A stretch of DNA of 63,981 nucleotides, counting the filler, from Globobulimina sp. (lineage: Eukaryota), in NCBI GenBank assembly GCA_003354225.1. It is 50 parts of 50 records of this genome, joined end to end, with 100 filler letters (N's around TTAATTAATTAA, not from the genome) between each part and the next. Parts side by side here need not be neighbours in the genome. Positions count along the whole stretch, not along the records: positions 58,962 to 60,141 come from PIVH01021520.1; positions 60,242 to 61,421 come from PIVH01021521.1; positions 61,522 to 62,701 come from PIVH01021522.1; positions 62,802 to 63,981 come from PIVH01021523.1; 46 more parts are not named here. One strand, written 5' to 3'. This document shows positions 59,182-63,981 of this stretch, piece after piece (position 1 is the first letter of the stretch; every line of letters begins with the position of its first letter). Under the pieces are notes generated by a model. That model did not search any database and was not told the DNA's origin. It was given only the letters and a program-made list of their open reading frames with translations. The translations under genes were made by a program, and so were the position numbers.

Positions 59182-59558
59182 TAATAATTAGTTCTTGGGA
59201 TTTCGCCCATTGATATTCAAATAATTAGTTGCTTTTCATTATCATCGCCTTTACATATGACGGCATTTATTCTCTCATTCTCGCCGCCTTAATACGTGAC
59301 GGCATTGCATCCAATTCTCACCACCTTAATATATGACGGGATTCTTTCTCATTATCACCGCCTTAATATATGACGGCATTTCTTCTCTCATTTGTGTTCA
59401 AATAATTAGTTCTGGGGATTTCGCACATTGATATTCAAATTGTAAATTGCTTTTCATTATCACCGCCTTAATATACGACGGCATTTATTCTCTCATTCTC
59501 GGTGCCTTAATACGTGACGGCATTGCATCCAATTCTCACCGCCTTAATATATGACGGG
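59182..59558. repeat. Higher-order tandem repeat: ~37-39-bp units within a ~220-bp duplication
   Basis: About 7 copies of ATT(A/C)TCACCGCCTTAATATATGACGGCATT; AATAATTAGTTCT.GGGATTTCGC.CATTGATATTCAAAT at 59182 and 59401. Confidence 0.85.
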
Positions 59559-60241
59559 TGATATTATCCAATTGTACAGTAAGAGTGATATTATCGCTGA
59601 AAGATGGGAATTATGTGTTATACATCATTGCAATATGTACATGTCCTAAATAAAATCCGTTGTATAACTGAATTGAATAACATTTATTATCCAACGAATC
59701 AACAATATGACAATAACGCTGTGTATAAAACAGACGGCCGGAGTGCGCGGTAAACCCATTTATATATTCCATTATAGCTATGATAATATGCAAAGATGGT
59801 ATATTGGGAGAACACTCGGCTCTGATTACGATGTGCTTGCTTGTTGAAATTTCAAATTCAAAATGTTTGGTACTGTGTGTTTTTTTTTTTTAAATGCCAT
59901 TTAATAATTTTTCTTGCGACGCATTTACTTGAGTTTCTTAGAATGTTATTTATGTTTTTCTAGCGTTAGCATTTACAAGCATTGGTAATATTAACTGTCT
60001 TTATTATCTTGAATTATTATCAAAAGCACTCGCTGTATATTCAAAGTCTTTCACACCAATATTTGCCCAATTTACATCAACTTATCAGTGCATAATCAGA
60101 ATATTTCTGTTCAATCTGTCGAATGATAATATATTCGATCCNNNNNNNNNNNNNNNNNNNNNNNNNNNNNNNNNNNNNNNNNNNNTTAATTAATTAANNN
60201 NNNNNNNNNNNNNNNNNNNNNNNNNNNNNNNNNNNNNNNNN

Positions 60242-61421
60242 AATTAAATCCGTATCTAAGCATACAATACATATTTGCATCATCAAATAATGATTAAAAC
60301 TATGATATGATACAAAATCGTCTCGTTGATCTTCTGTCATTTTCGTTATAATTCTAATTTCTGTTAAATAATCAAAATTGAATGGACATCCGTTACATCC
60401 TCCAATTAGAATATCATTTTTATCTCTAATTTGTGGCATATCTTCTACAGTAGTATTTATTGTAGGAGTACTTTCTGGTCGTTGTTGCTGGATTGCATTT
60501 CCGCTTAACTGACCGATCATTACTCTAATATCTGCAAGTTCAGTTTTATTTTTCTGTACATCTGCTTTTAAATTTGTATTTTCTACTTTTAATGCTTCTA
60601 TTTCTTTTACTAACCTCGTGGTGTTCAGAGTATTTACTTCATCTCTACTTTTCTGTGCCACCACAATTGAGCTAATATTTGTAGTTACTGATTTCATAGT
60701 ATTTTCCAATCTCTTGTCGTTATTGAATAAATTTCTGATCGATCTATTCATATGAAATATAGACTCATTATTTCTAAGTATCATTATTGATAATTCTTTA
60801 ATTGTACGTAATAATAATTCATCTGTGTCCATAGCTTTACTTATCGCTATTATTTGGTGATCTTCTATTGCTTTTAATATAGCTGCCATATGAGTTCCAT
60901 GTACTGGACTTTCAGATTTTTCGCTACATTCATCAATAAAAATTCTAATTTTTCTAAGAATATCTACATTATTATTAACATGGATTTTATCTTCATCTGA
61001 TTCATAGCCCATTAACCAAGCCACTTGGGCTATAAAATGGGCTCTGAGATCATTCAATTGTTTATCTTTATCTGACATATCTGTTATATCTATAGGGGGT
61101 GTATTATTTTTCATTTTATATTTCTTTCCTTCATCTGATTCATACATATAATCCTTTCCTGTAACTAATGTGTCTAAAAAGTCTTTTAAAGACGATGGAT
61201 ATGCATATCTCTCCAGGAATTCTGGGTACATATGTGGATTATCTGGTATTGCTCTGATAGAAGCAGATTTATCAAAAGCATTAATATCTGATTCTGTAAC
61301 ATCTGACATTTCTGTATTATTATCTATATTATTATTATCTGACTCTTTTTCTTTTTCTGTATCTGTTGAAATTGTTGCGGTCGATAACCCTGCGGTTGTC
61401 TCAGTAGGTTCTGGACTTCCG
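60242..61421 (-). CDS. Coiled-coil protein fragment, possibly a retroelement gag/ORF1
   Basis: Frame open across the contig, no introns, heptad region EIEALKVENTNLKADV; no diagnostic motif. Confidence 0.45.
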
Positions 61422-61521
61422 NNNNNNNNNNNNNNNNNNNNNNNNNNNNNNNNNNNNNNNNNNNNTTAATTAATTAANNNNNNNNNNNNNNNNNNNNNNN
61501 NNNNNNNNNNNNNNNNNNNNN

Positions 61522-61685
61522 TTTAATTTTTGCAATGTATTTGCTGTAAACTTCGGATTATCCAAAAAATTGGAATTTCTAAATCTCGATTCAAAATATT
61601 TGTCATTATTTTTAAATTGTTTCATTAAATTAGCAATGTTTTCCTGCTGATGTGATTGTGGTTTAATGTTTGGAGATAATGGCAT
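61522..61685 (-). CDS. HCNGP/SAP30BP-like fragment
   Basis: P.SP.....QE.I..L.......FE..F..S....NP pattern. Confidence 0.4.
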
Positions 61686-61786
61686 TTCAATTCCAAAATT
61701 AACTTAATTAATTTTTCGTTGTGTTGAATTTTAGGCTCTGCTGTTACCTGAGGCAGCATTGTAAAATTCTTCTTTTTTTTGTTGTA

Positions 61787-62701
61787 ATGGCAACAGAGTA
61801 TTTTGATGAATGTGGACCAAAAATAAAAAAAGAAAATATAGAACAAACAAGAATAAAGTCAATAAGCGACGCAGGTATTAGTACAGCATACGGATATCAA
61901 CACCTTTTAGCAACATCGGGTGGTATTTATTCATGGAATCTTAAAATAGATTCAGGCGGTGGAGGTGTTATGGTTTTAGGAATATCATCAAATACGGATA
62001 TCAACGCAGCTTTTTACAAAAATACAGATCTACCAAATTATGGCTATAACTTATTTAGCGGATTTAAAGTGTCGTGTGGTACATTTGAGGAATATGGGAA
62101 AAAAGCAAAAACAAATGATTACATTAAAACTATTTTAGATTTGGATGCCGGGACAATAGCATATAATATCAATGGCATTAAGCAAGGAATAGCTCATCAT
62201 ATCCAACAAAATGAATTTATTAAATATAGATATTGTGTATCGATACAGGATAAGAATGATATGGTCACTTTATCGGATTTTAGCTGCAAACATGTGAGAA
62301 ATATTAATAATGAGAATAATAATATAAATATTAATTACAATCAGGAATTGCGACTATTAAAAGAAAATAACAGTGATTTAATAATGAAAATATCAATGTT
62401 AGAAAGTGATGCAATAGAAAGCAAAGAAAGGATTAATAATTTGGAGCGAGAAAATAAAGCATTAAAAAGGAAAATCAATGTATTGCGCGATGAAAGGAAA
62501 GAAAATGAAATCAAAAGAAAAGTAATCGATATCACAATGTTTGAACAATGGAATGAATGGAATGAAAATGATGTATTAAACTGGATATTTTCTATCGAGA
62601 ATGGATTATTTTTAAAATATGAAAAAGAAAGGCATTGATTTATTGAAAATTAAAAGAAAAGATATTCAAGATTTTGGTGTTAAAACGTTTGCGCATCAAA
62701 A
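61787..62701 (+). pseudogene. SPRY-like + coiled coil + SAM-like protein with a frameshift near 62630
   Basis: YSWNLKI..MVLGI...YG...D.I..ILDL..GTI.Y.ING; WNENDVLNWI.SIENG.F.KY continues as GIDLLKI..KDIQDFGV in another frame. Confidence 0.65.
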
Positions 62702-63269
62702 NNNNNNNNNNNNNNNNNNNNNNNNNNNNNNNNNNNNNNNNNNNNTTAATTAATTAANNNNNNNNNNNNNNNNNNNNNNNNNNNNNNNNNNNNNNNNNNN
62801 NCGAACATGTATAAATACTGCTTCTTTATATCATTGCTAAACTTATGGGGACTAATAATATTTCTATCTGTCAAACATGAATTTTACAATAATGAGCACA
62901 AAAACTAAAAAGATCATAATCAATAAATATATAATAGGAAAGACCATATTTTTCTGTTTCATAATGCTCTTCTTATTCTGTATGCTATTTTCATTATTTT
63001 CATTATGATAACAACTGGCCATGGATTGACACTTAGTTTCCAAAACATCATTGTTATTTTTTATATTAATTACAACCATATCCAATTTGAATCGCAATCG
63101 TTTGAGATGGTAAATGTTGTTTAATTTTAAGTTGCATCCAATTGTTGTGGTAATTAAGTTATTTTGATCAAAATTGTGAATCTTGTTTACAAATTCGATA
63201 TTTGTTTTTTTTTAATGTTAGTCTTAAATACACTGATAATTTTGTGATATGCTTTGGCAGGTAAATACA

Positions 63270-63910
63270 CTAAGAGTGTGTAATTTTAATCAACTCTGAA
63301 TCTGAATGCCTCACTGTAAATAATCGCTGATATGATAATTTTTTGCATGTTTTGCAAAATGTGATAGATTTACCATCTCTGTAACAAATAACTTTATGGT
63401 TAATACCATTTAATTGAACAATTGCATCCAACTGAATCCAATCTGGATATATCAAATTGGATAATTTCAATGTTTTGTATAAATAGTATTGAATCAGTAG
63501 TTGCGATCTGGAGATTGTCATTGTTTGATAATCATTTATAGTGATTTTAAATTTGATTTCAACACATATATTCAACGTATATTGGTTTGGATTTGACACA
63601 TTTGTAATTATACCATTTTTCCATCTTGTATTTTTGTATTTGAATTCAATCTTAGTGCCTATTTTAAACAATCGATTTGGAATATTATTCACTTTGCTTA
63701 GTAATTTCAATGTCTTTGAAACATAATAGCATTCCATAGCTTTTTTATAATCAATATAAATTGTAGTGTATGTTTCGAATTCATTGGATGTTGCTCAATC
63801 AATAATAAATTTATTTTTGTCCGCTGATATTATTAATCCATTTCTCCATTTACCATAGCCAAATGTGTATTTGATTAACGAATTTGTGGGTAAGATTTCA
63901 AGCAAAGACA
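63270..63910 (-). pseudogene. Tudor/Agenet-like repeat protein with an in-frame TGA
   Basis: IKY.F..GKWRNGLII and IEFKY...WKNGII repeats; TGA near 63795 interrupts the frame. Confidence 0.35.
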
Positions 63911-63981
63911 TATCTTTATATATAAAAATATACCATTTTTAAGTTTTTTTTAGTAGAAGTCATTTTGACTAATGGGCGTTG

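Noticed and set aside
59182-59558. CRISPR array
   Set aside because: Units are contiguous degenerate repeats with no unique spacers, and no cas genes are present
63780-63810. TGA recoded as Trp (alternative genetic code)
   Set aside because: TGA, TAA and TAG all end conserved genes at expected positions elsewhere (SDR, aldolase, NADAR, nucleoredoxin); an isolated stop fits pseudogenisation better

Overview
This window is not contiguous genome. It is 50 unrelated short contigs sorted by decreasing length (1183, 1182, 1181, 1180 bp), joined by 49 artificial 100-bp spacers (44 N + TTAATTAATTAA + 44 N), so neighbourhood across a spacer means nothing. Most contigs come from an AT-rich, gene-dense eukaryote with short GT-AG introns (mostly 49-74 bp). 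The gene families look most like a foraminiferan/rhizarian protist, which is an inference. Recognisable genes include LSM3, FNTA, UBA1, NSUN5, HYDIN, a p28 dynein light chain, PhLP3, a UVRAG/ATG14-like protein, nucleoredoxin, GH2, GH47, DUF5054, kinases, NADAR and CAP-Gly. Mobile DNA is abundant: Ngaro/DIRS-type tyrosine-recombinase retrotransposon pieces, an intron-containing CryptonI-like recombinase with a downstream 30-bp palindrome, a copia gag with PBS, a Polinton/adintovirus packaging ATPase, a LINE endonuclease and several MITEs. Some contigs look chimeric (planctomycete-like and glgB-like bacterial fragments fused to eukaryotic genes), consistent with amplified single-cell DNA. Best leads: the spliced Crypton, a CCR4-like nuclease followed in frame by a Mut7-C domain, a bacterial triuret-hydrolase-like gene 46 bp from FNTA, a gustatory-receptor-like 7TM gene and a His-rich secreted repeat protein. 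All family calls come from motif recognition by eye; no database searches were run.
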